A stretch of 64,000 bases of DNA from a virus (IMGVR_UViG_3300020122_000503:1-64000), one strand, 5' to 3'; positions 18,593 to 28,481 are shown, numbered from the stretch's first letter. The notes: generated from the sequence alone by a model not told the origin. Numbers and translations are program-made.

Positions 18593-19876
18593 ATGGCAAA
18601 GCAGAAGAGCAAAGGCAGCATCGTCGGCAGAGACATCATCACGTGGGGACGCGAGAAGGGTAAGCCCCAGCGCGTCAAGTTCGCCGAAGGTTTCGGCATG
18701 GTCGGCGACCCGAAAGCCGCGGAGAAGTGTCTCCGTTGCGGTTTCGGCAACATCCCCGTGATCGAAGAGGTCGTGTGGACGATTCCTCTCCCGCTCACGG
18801 CCGAGGAAGCACTCGCGACCCTCGGCGACACGGTGAACTTGCTCTCGGGTTCCTCGAGCGTGCCCGGTGTGGCGTCGATCGACTCGACGTTCCTCATCAA
18901 CGGCATTCTCCAGACGGACATCCTCGTGCAAGGCCTCGGCTGCCACATCTTCTGTGAGCCGATGAGCTTCTCGACGATCGGAAACGCCTGGGAGGCGCCT
19001 GCGCAAACGGTTGCGCCCCCGCCCTCGCCGGACGTGTTCACGGAGCTCGACCGCAACAACGGCGCGCTCGGCGCTGCGTTCGAGGGCACCGAACCGACTC
19101 AGACCATGAGCCCGGCGGTGTTCGAGTTCGGTGCACCGGTGTGGCGCGCGGGCTGGAACTTCATCAACGCCTACCAGTTCCAGTGGCGGACCTCGCAGCG
19201 TGAACTCGTTCTGAACGAGCTCGCGGCGGACGTGAGCTACTTCGGTAGCTTCGCGGACGCTCTCGCTGCCGGAACGTCGGAAGTTCCCATCATCGAGTAC
19301 GTCGCGCTCGTCAACGCAACGTACCGGTCGAAAGGATCGGCCACGATCTTCCTGCCTGTGAGCTTCCGGCGCGTGGGCAGCATCGACACTACCCCGGCTT
19401 CGGTGACCACCAACGTGGGCATCTTCCACCCGACGCGCGACTTCGATCTCGCGCCGGTGACCTGGGGCGGCCTCCGGTGGCAGGGCTACGGCTGCAAGGG
19501 CCAGATGTACCGTCCGATCGAGAGCCCGTGCTTCCTCGAGCGCGGTATCCCCATCGGCATGGGCTTCATCGTGCAGGACGCCGTGCACCAGGCGCAGATG
19601 CTCGAAGCGGTCACGATCAACAACGAGCCTCTCGGCGTGAACGTCTCGGTGGACGAGAACCTCTCGGACATCACGGCTACCGGCACGAACGTGATGCTCG
19701 AACAGACGATGGACACGAGCGCTCTCTCCGTCCCGCAGGTGGTCAACACCTCTCGGCAGGTCTTCAAGGGCGGTATCTTGAAGATCGGCATCAAGCTCAA
19801 GGGATGGGAGATGCCTGGTGGGTGGAAGGCGTATTGCATGCAGAACATCGTCTCGAGCCCGACGGCCGCGGGCTGA
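18593..19876 (+). CDS. candidate major capsid protein
   Basis: 427 aa, beta-rich, strong AGGAG RBS, very C/G-biased third positions, flanked by hairpins, follows the core-protein gene; the fold is not verified. Confidence 0.5.
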   Translation: MAKQKSKGSIVGRDIITWGREKGKPQRVKFAEGFGMVGDPKAAEKCLRCGFGNIPVIEEVVWTIPLPLTAEEALATLGDTVNLLSGSSSVPGVASIDSTFLINGILQTDILVQGLGCHIFCEPMSFSTIGNAWEAPAQTVAPPPSPDVFTELDRNNGALGAAFEGTEPTQTMSPAVFEFGAPVWRAGWNFINAYQFQWRTSQRELVLNELAADVSYFGSFADALAAGTSEVPIIEYVALVNATYRSKGSATIFLPVSFRRVGSIDTTPASVTTNVGIFHPTRDFDLAPVTWGGLRWQGYGCKGQMYRPIESPCFLERGIPIGMGFIVQDAVHQAQMLEAVTINNEPLGVNVSVDENLSDITATGTNVMLEQTMDTSALSVPQVVNTSRQVFKGGILKIGIKLKGWEMPGGWKAYCMQNIVSSPTAAG

Positions 19877-19894
19877 TTCGAACGAAACCACATC

Positions 19895-19937
19895 CGAGCG
19901 GCGTGGCCGACCAGCGCCGCGCCGCTCGTTGTGTTTT
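19895..19937 (+). terminator. GC-rich hairpin plus U-rich tail (terminator/attenuator)
   Basis: CGAGCGGCGTGGC / GCCGCGCCGCTCG stem followed by TTGTGTTTT. Confidence 0.6.
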
Positions 19938-19948
19938 AGGAGAACCCA

Positions 19949-20551
19949 ATGCAGCCGAAGACCTATGACGACATCAAGTCGATCGCACTCTGGGCGCCGA
20001 AGATTGCCTTCGGCATGGTGGCGGGCGTCCCGCGCGTGCCGGTCGTTCTCGACATCCCACTCCAGTTCTCGTCGAGCACGGTGGACGCTCCACCGATCAT
20101 CGGGAGCTTCCAAAACAACCTCGCCCAGGACACGTTCATCGAGCGCATCGTGTTCAACCTGTTCCAGCAGAACAGCTACGCGGGCTCGCCGTTCCAGTCG
20201 ACGTACTTCAACCAGCTCAAGCAAAGCGGACAGACCGGCGTCGGCATCCGAATGGACGTCTACGGATCGCCGAAGTACTCGGTGAACGACACTTTCACCG
20301 ATCTCGGCAATCTCGCCGACGTGCTCGCGGTCACGTGGCCGCAAGGCTGGCCGCTCTACAAGCAAGAGAACGTGAAGGTACAAGCGATTCTTTTGCAGAC
20401 GCCCGTGAGCGTTCCCTACAACGTCAACATCTCCTTCCTCGGTTGGCAGTTCAACTCGAAGGATCTCGACGATCTCAGCGATCAAGATTGTCGGGTCCGT
20501 TTGCGAAAGCTCGGAATCGAAACCCCTGACCTCACTCTTCTCCTTGGATGA
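19949..20551 (+). CDS. putative structural protein (second capsid-like protein)
   Basis: 200 aa, beta-rich, AGGAG RBS; ending NISFLGWQF echoes GIKLKGWEM of the preceding protein. Confidence 0.55.
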   Translation: MQPKTYDDIKSIALWAPKIAFGMVAGVPRVPVVLDIPLQFSSSTVDAPPIIGSFQNNLAQDTFIERIVFNLFQQNSYAGSPFQSTYFNQLKQSGQTGVGIRMDVYGSPKYSVNDTFTDLGNLADVLAVTWPQGWPLYKQENVKVQAILLQTPVSVPYNVNISFLGWQFNSKDLDDLSDQDCRVRLRKLGIETPDLTLLLG

Positions 20552-21456
20552 CCAAGCGCGTCGATAACCTCATCCGTCTTCAGACGCACCCGGCGGGTGT
20601 GGGCGGCGCGCTTCGTTCTGTGCTTGCCAGGGGTCGCACCGAGCTCGTCACGAACGGCCCGAACAAAGAGTTCACGTTCATCGGCAGCGACCCGTGGGAT
20701 ACGAACGCCTACACCGGGCTCGTCGTGCCGGCGACGCCGAGCTCGGCGAATAGCGACGCGCGCTATCTCTTCCTTCTTGCGCGAGCAAGCTTTCGCTCCG
20801 GCGAACAGAGCCCGGAGAAGTGCGGCGTGCGTCTAGTCGGAATTCGGCAGTACGCCGAGCTCATCGCGAGGCTCCCGGCGCGCGAGGGCATACTCGATAG
20901 CGAATCGGGGCCTCCGACAGGTGCGACAGTCGTCTTCCGAAAGGAAATCACGACCCCGCTCTGGCATTTCCCCGACGGCAACATCTCGTGGCACGTGGTG
21001 ATCGTCAACGTCGTGTCGCGCGACATGCGGAACCCCGCAAACACGGACGGTTTCAACTACCAGGACTGCAACTCTCCGACGCTCCTCTATCAATCCGGAG
21101 CTCCAAGCGGCGTCGGATACGTTCCTCCGAACGGCGGACGCCCTTGGGGCACTCCTCTTGATGCGAGCCTCGGGAACATCCACGAGCTCCGCTACCCGTG
21201 GCGCTCGAACCAGAGCGAGCGCGCGCTCGACATCCCAATCCCGACGCCGTGTGACGTGCTCCTATTCGCAAGCGTTCGTCAGAACGATCCGGCGACGAAC
21301 CCGACGCTCGACAGCGACGCTGCGGCGAGCTGCGCGATCTTTGGAGCGCTCTCTCCGGAAGATCAGTTCATGGTCGCATTCAACGACTTCGTGCAATACG
21401 GCACGATCGCCGGTGCGCTCGTGTTCGACGAGAACCTCGGGGAGGACGTACCATGA
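20548..21456 (+). CDS. putative structural protein
   Basis: 302 aa, ATGA-coupled within the structural operon. Confidence 0.6.
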   Translation: MTKRVDNLIRLQTHPAGVGGALRSVLARGRTELVTNGPNKEFTFIGSDPWDTNAYTGLVVPATPSSANSDARYLFLLARASFRSGEQSPEKCGVRLVGIRQYAELIARLPAREGILDSESGPPTGATVVFRKEITTPLWHFPDGNISWHVVIVNVVSRDMRNPANTDGFNYQDCNSPTLLYQSGAPSGVGYVPPNGGRPWGTPLDASLGNIHELRYPWRSNQSERALDIPIPTPCDVLLFASVRQNDPATNPTLDSDAAASCAIFGALSPEDQFMVAFNDFVQYGTIAGALVFDENLGEDVP

Positions 21457-21689
21457 CGGACGACACCGCGACTCGCATCAGTGCCGGCATGGGAGCTGTC
21501 GCCGGATTCGTAATCGGCGGCATTGTTGGCGGCGTGCTCGGTGCCCCGAGAGACAGCGCAATCACCGGAGTGATGGGCGCGGCGCTTGGTACCGCAGTCG
21601 GTGCGTACCTCGGTGTTCCTTCTGGTACGTGTTTGTCGCCAGAAAAAGCGACTGTCGGCACTAGCGGCCTGCCAATGAGGTTCCCATGA
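21453..21689 (+). CDS. small glycine-zipper membrane protein ending MRFP
   Basis: Two Gly-rich TM segments; ATGA overlaps. Confidence 0.65.
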   Translation: MTDDTATRISAGMGAVAGFVIGGIVGGVLGAPRDSAITGVMGAALGTAVGAYLGVPSGTCLSPEKATVGTSGLPMRFP

Positions 21690-21910
21690 GTCGTCTCGCA
21701 GTAGGAATTGGCGGCGGTCTCGGAGCCGTAGCCGCCGCTGGCGCAATCGAAGGAAGCCTCGAGAAAGCTTCAAGAACGAACGAAGACTCACTCCTAGGAA
21801 TGCTCGGAATGCTGTTCGGCGGAATCGCTGGCGCCGCTATCGGCGGCGGTTGCCCCGACTGCAAAACATCAGGCACTGTCAGCGGACAGCCGCCACTGAG
21901 GTTTCCATGA
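21686..21910 (+). CDS. small glycine-zipper membrane protein ending LRFP
   Basis: Two hydrophobic segments, CPDC; ATGA overlaps. Confidence 0.65.
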   Translation: MSRLAVGIGGGLGAVAAAGAIEGSLEKASRTNEDSLLGMLGMLFGGIAGAAIGGGCPDCKTSGTVSGQPPLRFP

Positions 21911-22569
21911 CTCCCGGTGGTGCGGCGCTTTTGACCGGAGCGGCCAGCGTGTTTGGCGGCTTTCTTGGCGCGTCTATCGGCGAAGAGTTCGAGCGCAGGT
22001 CACGCGGCGTACGCAACGGAGCTGGGTGGGGTGCGGTGATCGGAACGTTCACGTTCGGGGCTCTCGCCGGAGCGAAAGCGGCTACGGACGACTCTAAACC
22101 TACCGGCACTCTCTCGGGCCCGCGTATCGGAGTTCTTGGAGCGACGGCTAAGGCGATGTGGTTCGCTCCCGGTGATGTTTGGTACATCGACTTCGAGTCC
22201 AATCTCCCGGTCACCACAGAACAGTTCTTCAAACTAGTCGGAAGTGTGCAAGCGGAAGCTCCGAAGATAGTCCCGGGAGTTGAAACAGCCACTTGGTTGT
22301 CGTTTCAACCTATCGATCAGCAACACTTCCGAGCGATCGTGAAGTGGGGTGTTGCAGGCAACTACCTCAACAAAGGCGACGCTGAAACAATCGACGGCAT
22401 CAGATTCAGAGTGGCTTCTGCCGGTCCGTACTCCGCGCCAACGGACGAACAGAAAATCTCGACCGGCAAGATCGTTGCCGTGTCGGCAATAAGCGCACTC
22501 GGTCTTGGTGGCATCTTTCTCGCGGCGACAAGCGGGAAGAAAAAGAAGAATCGGAGGCGCTCACGATGA
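21907..22569 (+). CDS. membrane protein with C-terminal TM and basic tail
   Basis: ATG at 21907 (MTPGG) in an ATGA overlap; KISTGKIV-TM-KKKKNRRRSR. Confidence 0.65.
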   Translation: MTPGGAALLTGAASVFGGFLGASIGEEFERRSRGVRNGAGWGAVIGTFTFGALAGAKAATDDSKPTGTLSGPRIGVLGATAKAMWFAPGDVWYIDFESNLPVTTEQFFKLVGSVQAEAPKIVPGVETATWLSFQPIDQQHFRAIVKWGVAGNYLNKGDAETIDGIRFRVASAGPYSAPTDEQKISTGKIVAVSAISALGLGGIFLAATSGKKKKNRRRSR

Positions 22570-22877
22570 ACGTCGCATGCGGCCTCGCCGACGAGTGCAT
22601 CACGCTTCCGTCTTCGGATGCGGCGGTGACGCTCGTGCGCGGCAACATCGCGTCGGGTCTAGTCGGCGTTGTCGCGAGCACGGTCCTTCGCGCCGGGCTC
22701 ATCGGCGGAGGTCTCTATCTCGTCGGGGAGCGCAAGCACCTCGTCAGGAATGCGCTCGGCGCCGCCGCGGCAATCGAAGCGTTCGTTCTCGCGTGGGTCG
22801 CCGGCAAAAACAACGGTAAGAGTTCGGACAAGAGCACTTCGACACCACAACAAGCAACTCAAGTGAGCTTCCCATGA
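22566..22877 (+). CDS. small membrane protein ending VSFP
   Basis: Two hydrophobic helices; ATGA overlaps. Confidence 0.6.
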   Translation: MNVACGLADECITLPSSDAAVTLVRGNIASGLVGVVASTVLRAGLIGGGLYLVGERKHLVRNALGAAAAIEAFVLAWVAGKNNGKSSDKSTSTPQQATQVSFP

Positions 22878-23281
22878 CGAACGGCGAAGCTGCACTAGTA
22901 GGCGCCGCAATCGGAACGGTATTGGGCGGTGCCGCGATGATGATTTGGCAAAAATCTCAGGCACAAAGCTCATCTCTTCCTCCTCCTTCTGCTCCGACTT
23001 ACGACGTAACCAAAGCCATTCACGTATCGCTTGGAGGATCATTTACGGTTCCGGTAGGAGCCAACGTCGTAGTGGACTTGCCACCCAATGTAGATCTTTG
23101 GCGGACAGGCGTCGTAACAAGTAACGCAACATCGCTTGCCCCAAGCTACCCAGCAACAACCAACGGATTCGTCGCAGTTGCGCCCGGAACGGCCACACTT
23201 ACAGGCACTCCGGGCTCCCCATCAGATGGTCAGGCGAGAAGTGTGCAAGTCACGGTCGTACCGCAACTGAGGTTTCCATGA
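22874..23281 (+). CDS. membrane-anchored Ig-like protein ending LRFP
   Basis: N-terminal TM; AVAPGTATLTGT beta-sandwich pattern. Confidence 0.6.
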   Translation: MTNGEAALVGAAIGTVLGGAAMMIWQKSQAQSSSLPPPSAPTYDVTKAIHVSLGGSFTVPVGANVVVDLPPNVDLWRTGVVTSNATSLAPSYPATTNGFVAVAPGTATLTGTPGSPSDGQARSVQVTVVPQLRFP

Positions 23282-23493
23282 ACCAAGTAGTAGCAAGCGG
23301 GCTCGGCGGTTTGGTCGCGGGCGCCATTGGCGCAGCGGTCGCGAACTCGTCCGACAGTTACCCTGTGCTCAAGGGCGCGCTCGTCGTCGGCGCTATTGAC
23401 GCGGTTCTCACGGCCGTAGTGATCGGCGCATCCGAAAAACCAACCGGGACTCTTTCCGGGCCGCCGCGCCCTAGACCGTTGAGGTTTCCATGA
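23278..23493 (+). CDS. small membrane protein ending LRFP
   Basis: Two TM segments; ATGA overlaps. Confidence 0.65.
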   Translation: MNQVVASGLGGLVAGAIGAAVANSSDSYPVLKGALVVGAIDAVLTAVVIGASEKPTGTLSGPPRPRPLRFP

Positions 23494-24179
23494 CGACTCC
23501 CGCGCAAGCATACGGTCACCCCGACTTCGTCACGGACGTTCCCGTTCAAGGACCGACCGACGAAGGCATCCGCGCGCATGACTGCTGGTTTCGTCAAAAT
23601 GTGTTACCGGCGCGCCCCGCGTGCGTCGATTGCGAAGGACCAATACCAATGTGGGCTCAAACCAAGGGACTGCTCGGCAACAGTGTTTCGTTCGGTGGGA
23701 GAGGCGCACTCGGCTTCGCGCTCCGAGGCCCGAGCGATCCGGAAATATGGACGAAGCTCTCCGTTGCTCAGCAGCAGTGGATCGTCGACACGCTCACGAA
23801 GCTCGACAGCATCATCCGTCAGCAGACGGGCACGAGCTGCCAGTCGTGGGGCCCATCGATCACCGCTGCCGGCGGATGCTTTCAGATGTGGTTCAACGCG
23901 AACAAAATGGGGCTCACGAAGGCCGACGGGTCGCCGCTCGTCCTTCGCACCGACCGCGTTTGGGACCAAGACTCGCTCGACGCGCTTCGCACTGTCGCAG
24001 CGATGGATCCGAAGGATTTCCCGACCCCGTATCCGGGGACGACGCTCCCCGGTCCTGCAACCGAAGAAAAGAAGAAACTCTCGACCGGCGAAATGGTCGG
24101 GATCGCTACTGCCGGCGCCGCCGTCATCGGCGGGATCGGCTACCTCGCCACTCGCAAGAAGAGTCGAAGGAGACGCTGA
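23490..24179 (+). CDS. virion membrane protein with C-terminal TM and basic tail
   Basis: KKLSTGEMVG-TM-RKKSRRRR. Confidence 0.65.
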   Translation: MTTPAQAYGHPDFVTDVPVQGPTDEGIRAHDCWFRQNVLPARPACVDCEGPIPMWAQTKGLLGNSVSFGGRGALGFALRGPSDPEIWTKLSVAQQQWIVDTLTKLDSIIRQQTGTSCQSWGPSITAAGGCFQMWFNANKMGLTKADGSPLVLRTDRVWDQDSLDALRTVAAMDPKDFPTPYPGTTLPGPATEEKKKLSTGEMVGIATAGAAVIGGIGYLATRKKSRRRR

Positions 24180-24182
24180 ACG

Positions 24183-25622
24183 ATGTTGTACCAAATTAAA
24201 AAAGGCGACTCGCCGCGGCAGATCGCTAGGCGATACGGCGTGTCGTTCGATAGGCTCATCGCGGCGAACGCGCACAAGCCTACGACCGTCGTTGCCGGGC
24301 AACGCACTTGGCGATCAATCCTTCCAAGGGAAACGATCGTCGTTCCAGTCGGCGGCACGATCGGCGCACTCGGCGACGCTGCGAGCGACGCCATCAACGC
24401 GCTCATTGCCGCCGGTGGTCCGTGTCTCCAGGCGAACGTCGCTCTCGTTTGCGCCGCTCAGCGAGCTCTCGGGTTCACACCCGGCGCTGGAGTCGACGGA
24501 AAATGGGGCACCAAGGACGAGGCCGCGGCGGCACAAGCCGGTTTCGCCATTCCCGCGTGTAGCCCCCGCCCCTCGTGGTGGGCCCCGAAAGGTTCATCAA
24601 ACTGCGGCACGATGGCGACTTCAGTTCCGAGTCCGTCGGGCGGTGGAGCTCTTGCGGGAGCCGCAGCTGCGGCGCTCGCCGCCCTGAACGCCGATCCGAA
24701 CTACTGCACGAGCGTCAGCCGCGTAGGAAGCCCCGTGAACACGGCCGTGCACAACTTCAAGGCCGCGTGGAACTCGGCGAATCCGTCGAATCCCGTGCCG
24801 ATCGGCACCGGTAAGTACGAGCCGGTCGTCGCGAACGCGCTTTCGACGGCGCTCGGCGGCGTGACGGTGCCGCCGGGATGCGGTGCCGGCGCAGCGCCTC
24901 CAACCCCGTTCAATCCGCCCCCGCCTCCGCCGCCCCCTCCGCCCCCGCCTCCGAATCCGGTGACGCCGTCCGCGCTACCAGCGGCCGTGCAGGCACTTCT
25001 GAGCGCGAACCCGTGCGATCCGGCGAACGTCTCTCTCGTTTGCGCAGCGCAACTCGCTCTCGGTTTCAGACCCGGAGCCGGAGTCGACGGCAAATGGGGT
25101 GACAAGGACGCGGCAGCAACGGGCGGCGCCATTCCGGCGTGCAGCCCTCGCCCGTCTTGGTGGACACCAAAGGGACAGAGCAATTGCACGGGTGGTATGG
25201 CACCTCCGCCGCCTCCGCCACCCCCACCTCCCCCGCCACCGCCCCCGCCTCCAGGGAAAACGTGTCCGGCAGGCACGGTCTACAATCCGATTTCGGGGCA
25301 GTGCGAAACGGGAAAGGCGCCACCTCCGCCGCCTCCACCGCCGCCAGGGAAAACGTGTCCCGCGGGCACGACATACAACCCGACAACGGGACAGTGCGAA
25401 TCCCCCGGCGGACAAATCACTCCGCCCGAAGAGAAGAAGGGCCTCTCAACCGGCGCCATCGTAGCCGGCGCAGTCGGCGCAGCGGCTCTCGTCGGTCTCA
25501 TCGCCGTCGCGATGACCGGCAAGAAAGGGCACCGCGGCTCGCGCGGTAAGCGAGGCCCGAGCGGGCATCGCAAGTCAACGCATCACAAGGCGCACAAGAG
25601 CCACGGGAAGAGAAAGCGGTAA
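24183..25622 (+). CDS. LysM-like, peptidoglycan-binding-like, poly-Pro membrane protein
   Basis: YQIKKGDSPRQIARRYGVS; duplicated AAQxALG...VDGKWG domain; two CPAGTxYNPxxGQCE repeats; TM plus basic tail. Confidence 0.75.
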   Translation: MLYQIKKGDSPRQIARRYGVSFDRLIAANAHKPTTVVAGQRTWRSILPRETIVVPVGGTIGALGDAASDAINALIAAGGPCLQANVALVCAAQRALGFTPGAGVDGKWGTKDEAAAAQAGFAIPACSPRPSWWAPKGSSNCGTMATSVPSPSGGGALAGAAAAALAALNADPNYCTSVSRVGSPVNTAVHNFKAAWNSANPSNPVPIGTGKYEPVVANALSTALGGVTVPPGCGAGAAPPTPFNPPPPPPPPPPPPPNPVTPSALPAAVQALLSANPCDPANVSLVCAAQLALGFRPGAGVDGKWGDKDAAATGGAIPACSPRPSWWTPKGQSNCTGGMAPPPPPPPPPPPPPPPPPGKTCPAGTVYNPISGQCETGKAPPPPPPPPPGKTCPAGTTYNPTTGQCESPGGQITPPEEKKGLSTGAIVAGAVGAAALVGLIAVAMTGKKGHRGSRGKRGPSGHRKSTHHKAHKSHGKRKR

Positions 25623-25628
25623 CGTTCC

Positions 25629-25901
25629 ATGCAAGTCGTCATCACCAAAGACCAGCTCGAAAAGAGCAGCGCCTGTCTGGTCTATCTCGACTCACCGGAA
25701 TGGGACACGTCACGTCAGGCGCTCGTGTACTCCGATTGGGAGAAAACGGTCGAACGGCTGATGTCGACTCGAGCAGGAACGACGTACTTGGACTTTTTGG
25801 TCGTTCGTAAGCTCGTGCCCATGACAACCGCCGAGCTCGCCCAAAAACGACAAGTCGCTCGACTCGCCGAAATTCAACGCGCGCAATCAGGAGGATCTTG
25901 A
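25629..25901 (+). CDS. hypothetical protein
   Basis: 90 aa ORF in the operon. Confidence 0.55.
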   Translation: MQVVITKDQLEKSSACLVYLDSPEWDTSRQALVYSDWEKTVERLMSTRAGTTYLDFLVVRKLVPMTTAELAQKRQVARLAEIQRAQSGGS

Positions 25902-25902
25902 A

Positions 25903-26433
25903 ATGTCTGAATTCGTAGGACGTACCGGAGCGCTGCGCGTCTACTCCTATCCGGAGAACCGTCTCCAAGGTTCGTCAGCATCATTCGCTCGAAACTTCGC
26001 GTCTGGGCCTGCTGGGGCTACCGACATCCCGGTCGCTGGAATATTGGTGCCGTGGAGCAGCCCCGATGCAGGAACTCCTGGTACCGACGTACCGATCACT
26101 CCGAGGTCAACCGGGCTCGTTCTCATCACCGGCGTGATCACGGTGAAGAGCACGTCGGGAAATCAAGAAACGGTGACCTTGGAAGTCTTGGTCAACGGAG
26201 TTCCACTGGCGGTTCCGTTCGTCGAGAATCTGACAATTGAACCGGGAGGCGTCATAGCCATCCCGATTCTCACTGAAACAAATTCTCACATCAACGGCGG
26301 TCCTTTGCCGCTTGGAACGACCGCGGACGTCTCGATTTTCCTGTCTGCAAGCGTCGACGATCCGGTCGTGCTTCAGGTGTCCACCGAATCCTCGACACTC
26401 GAGTTGCAAGAGGTACCTGTCGCAACCGGATGA
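25903..26433 (+). CDS. beta-sandwich spike/vertex-like protein
   Basis: Beta-rich; N-terminal GR...YSYP motif shared with the fibre proteins. Confidence 0.55.
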   Translation: MSEFVGRTGALRVYSYPENRLQGSSASFARNFASGPAGATDIPVAGILVPWSSPDAGTPGTDVPITPRSTGLVLITGVITVKSTSGNQETVTLEVLVNGVPLAVPFVENLTIEPGGVIAIPILTETNSHINGGPLPLGTTADVSIFLSASVDDPVVLQVSTESSTLELQEVPVATG

Positions 26434-26645
26434 AGGAGAAGCACATGCCCAACCTGATCCGAGAAGAAACGCTCATGTGCTGCAACTACAAGCGCTGTCC
26501 GGTCGTCAAGATGTTCGACGACGGCTCGATGGAGATCAGCGACGACGACGCACAGAACGGCTCGTTCGGCACGATCAAACTCGCGCCGGAAGTCGCCGAT
26601 CGCCTGATCGAACTCGCGGCAGAGCGCAAAACAGAACGTCCGTAA
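26430..26645 (+). CDS. small hypothetical protein
   Basis: CCNYKRCP; AGGAG precedes an alternative start. Confidence 0.55.
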   Translation: MKEKHMPNLIREETLMCCNYKRCPVVKMFDDGSMEISDDDAQNGSFGTIKLAPEVADRLIELAAERKTERP

Positions 26646-26663
26646 AAAAGAGGAAACAGAAAA

Positions 26664-27887
26664 ATGTCGCACATCATCGGTCGTGGTCGGTATCGAGGAG
26701 AAACTTATCCGAGCACCGGATCGAGCAGCGGCTCTCCCTCTGGAATCGTTCCTCTTTCGAGACAGAAGTTCATCGACGGCGACACGGGACAAACTGGTCT
26801 CAACGGATCGGTTGCCGAACCTTTCAAAACCATCGCCGAGTTCATGGCGTCGCGTGGAGACGCATCGACAGACGACGCGGCTTCCAACTACGTCGGCTGG
26901 GTTATGCCTACGCTCGTTGGCTACGTCGAAGACGTTGCATTTCCCCCTTACGTCTCGACGGAACTACGCGCCGCTTCTTTCTCGCTCACCAGAGGTACGA
27001 CAATAACCGGCAACGTGACGTGGGCAAACGTAGCAGGAGTCAACCCTGCTGACGACGCCGTCGTTACGACCCAAAACCTTCGTATTTCTGGAAGCTTCAC
27101 CGTGACTGACGATGCCGGTGCGCCGGACTCGTTCGTGTTCATAGATGCCGATGGGGGTGTAGCAGAAGGCGGGTCTCTAGGAAGTTTTGACTCTAACGGA
27201 GCTACGCATCTTGTCGACGCTCTGTTCTCCAACGTTTCAGTCGGCGAAATCGACGCGGGCACCTCCTCTAGTAGCGCCGCTGTGGGCGTGTTCGACTGTG
27301 TCGTATCTGGAGACATCCTGGCGCGTGTGCTTGCGGCGTCCGACTCAACGATCAACTCCTCGGCAATCACCGTAGAAGCAACATCTCCGGCCACTTTCAT
27401 CGGTTGCACTTTCACTGCGAGCACCGTTCTGGATTGCCAACTCGGAGCCCATTTCGACGGTCGATCGTGGACCAGCTTCGTCGAAAACGGAGGAACGCGC
27501 GCCGCTACCGGTACTGGCACTCCGGTACTGGTTTTCGGCGGCTACAGCGGAGCGGGTGTCGAAGGCGCCGCACTCACCGGAGCCAGCACGAGCGTTTCGC
27601 TCGACGGCACAGGTGCCACCGCCGGCTGGACCGGCCAGAACTCCGGTAACCACTACAGTACATCGAACGGCACTCCGACTACCGTTACGCTAAAAACAGG
27701 CGGCGGCGAACTTCCGGGCGACACGATACTCATCACAAAAACGGATCTAGGCGCCAACGTTCTCGCTGTCAAAAACAACGCGGCAGCCACGATCGGAACG
27801 ATTCCGACAAACAGCCGCGGATTCGTGCTCGCACGATTCGACGGAAGCGACTGGGTCTTCGAAGAAGGCGGATCACTCCTCGCATGA
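26664..27887 (+). CDS. beta-helix-like fibre/spike protein
   Basis: NGSVAEPFKTI motif typical of beta-helix N-caps; Ser/Thr/Gly/Asn-rich strands. Confidence 0.6.
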   Translation: MSHIIGRGRYRGETYPSTGSSSGSPSGIVPLSRQKFIDGDTGQTGLNGSVAEPFKTIAEFMASRGDASTDDAASNYVGWVMPTLVGYVEDVAFPPYVSTELRAASFSLTRGTTITGNVTWANVAGVNPADDAVVTTQNLRISGSFTVTDDAGAPDSFVFIDADGGVAEGGSLGSFDSNGATHLVDALFSNVSVGEIDAGTSSSSAAVGVFDCVVSGDILARVLAASDSTINSSAITVEATSPATFIGCTFTASTVLDCQLGAHFDGRSWTSFVENGGTRAATGTGTPVLVFGGYSGAGVEGAALTGASTSVSLDGTGATAGWTGQNSGNHYSTSNGTPTTVTLKTGGGELPGDTILITKTDLGANVLAVKNNAAATIGTIPTNSRGFVLARFDGSDWVFEEGGSLLA

Positions 27888-28204
27888 ACCTAGCCCTGCA
27901 CCTCATCGCTCTCGTCGGCGCGACGCTCATCGTCGTGCGGAGCGCGATTTTCCGTCCGCTGCAAAAGCTCTGGCCTGCGCTTTTTCAGTGCTCCATGTGC
28001 GCCGGCATGTGGGTAGGTGTGGCGGCGGGAGCGAGCGGCCTCGTGCAATCAGGTCACGGACGAGTACTCGATGCGATCGTCGTAGGCGCGGCTGCGAGCT
28101 TCTCGTCCGTGCTCGCCGACGCGGTGCTTTTGAATCTGCTCGGCGATCCGAATGAGACTCCGAAGGATACCCGCGCAACGACTCCGCCAAAAAAGGATCA
28201 GTAA
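27884..28204 (+). CDS. DUF1360-like membrane protein
   Basis: TM, then LFQCSMCAGMWVG (CxxCxxxW), then TM. Confidence 0.6.
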   Translation: MNLALHLIALVGATLIVVRSAIFRPLQKLWPALFQCSMCAGMWVGVAAGASGLVQSGHGRVLDAIVVGAAASFSSVLADAVLLNLLGDPNETPKDTRATTPPKKDQ

Positions 28205-28207
28205 CCC

Positions 28208-28447
28208 ATGCGCCGAAAACTCAAAAATCTGAAGAACAAGAACGGTCATTCGGAAAACGGCGCGCCCCGCCAACTCATCGACGAAACGGTGTACCGAGAA
28301 CACGCCAACAATCGAAACGTCTTCTCCAACACCGGCACCGACTCTCCGCATTGGGATCCGCAATACAGCGGATGGTCCAACGCCACTCGCCCGCGCGACC
28401 ACAACATTTTCTTGCGGCCAGTGACGCCGCTAGTAAAGCCAGGATAA
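28208..28447 (+). CDS. hypothetical protein
   Basis: 79 aa ORF in the operon. Confidence 0.45.
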   Translation: MRRKLKNLKNKNGHSENGAPRQLIDETVYREHANNRNVFSNTGTDSPHWDPQYSGWSNATRPRDHNIFLRPVTPLVKPG

Positions 28448-28481
28448 CAACCAGATCGATTGACGTCCTAGGAGCGAAAAG

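Noticed and set aside
18446-20485. 679 aa minus-strand ORF and similar long antisense ORFs (17107..18357, 3745..4752, 57078..58091)
   Set aside because: Shadow frames of GC-biased plus-strand genes, with no motifs or coupling.
24915-25350. CCG/CCT-rich repeats as a DNA-level element
   Set aside because: Explained by poly-proline linkers in the LysM-like protein.
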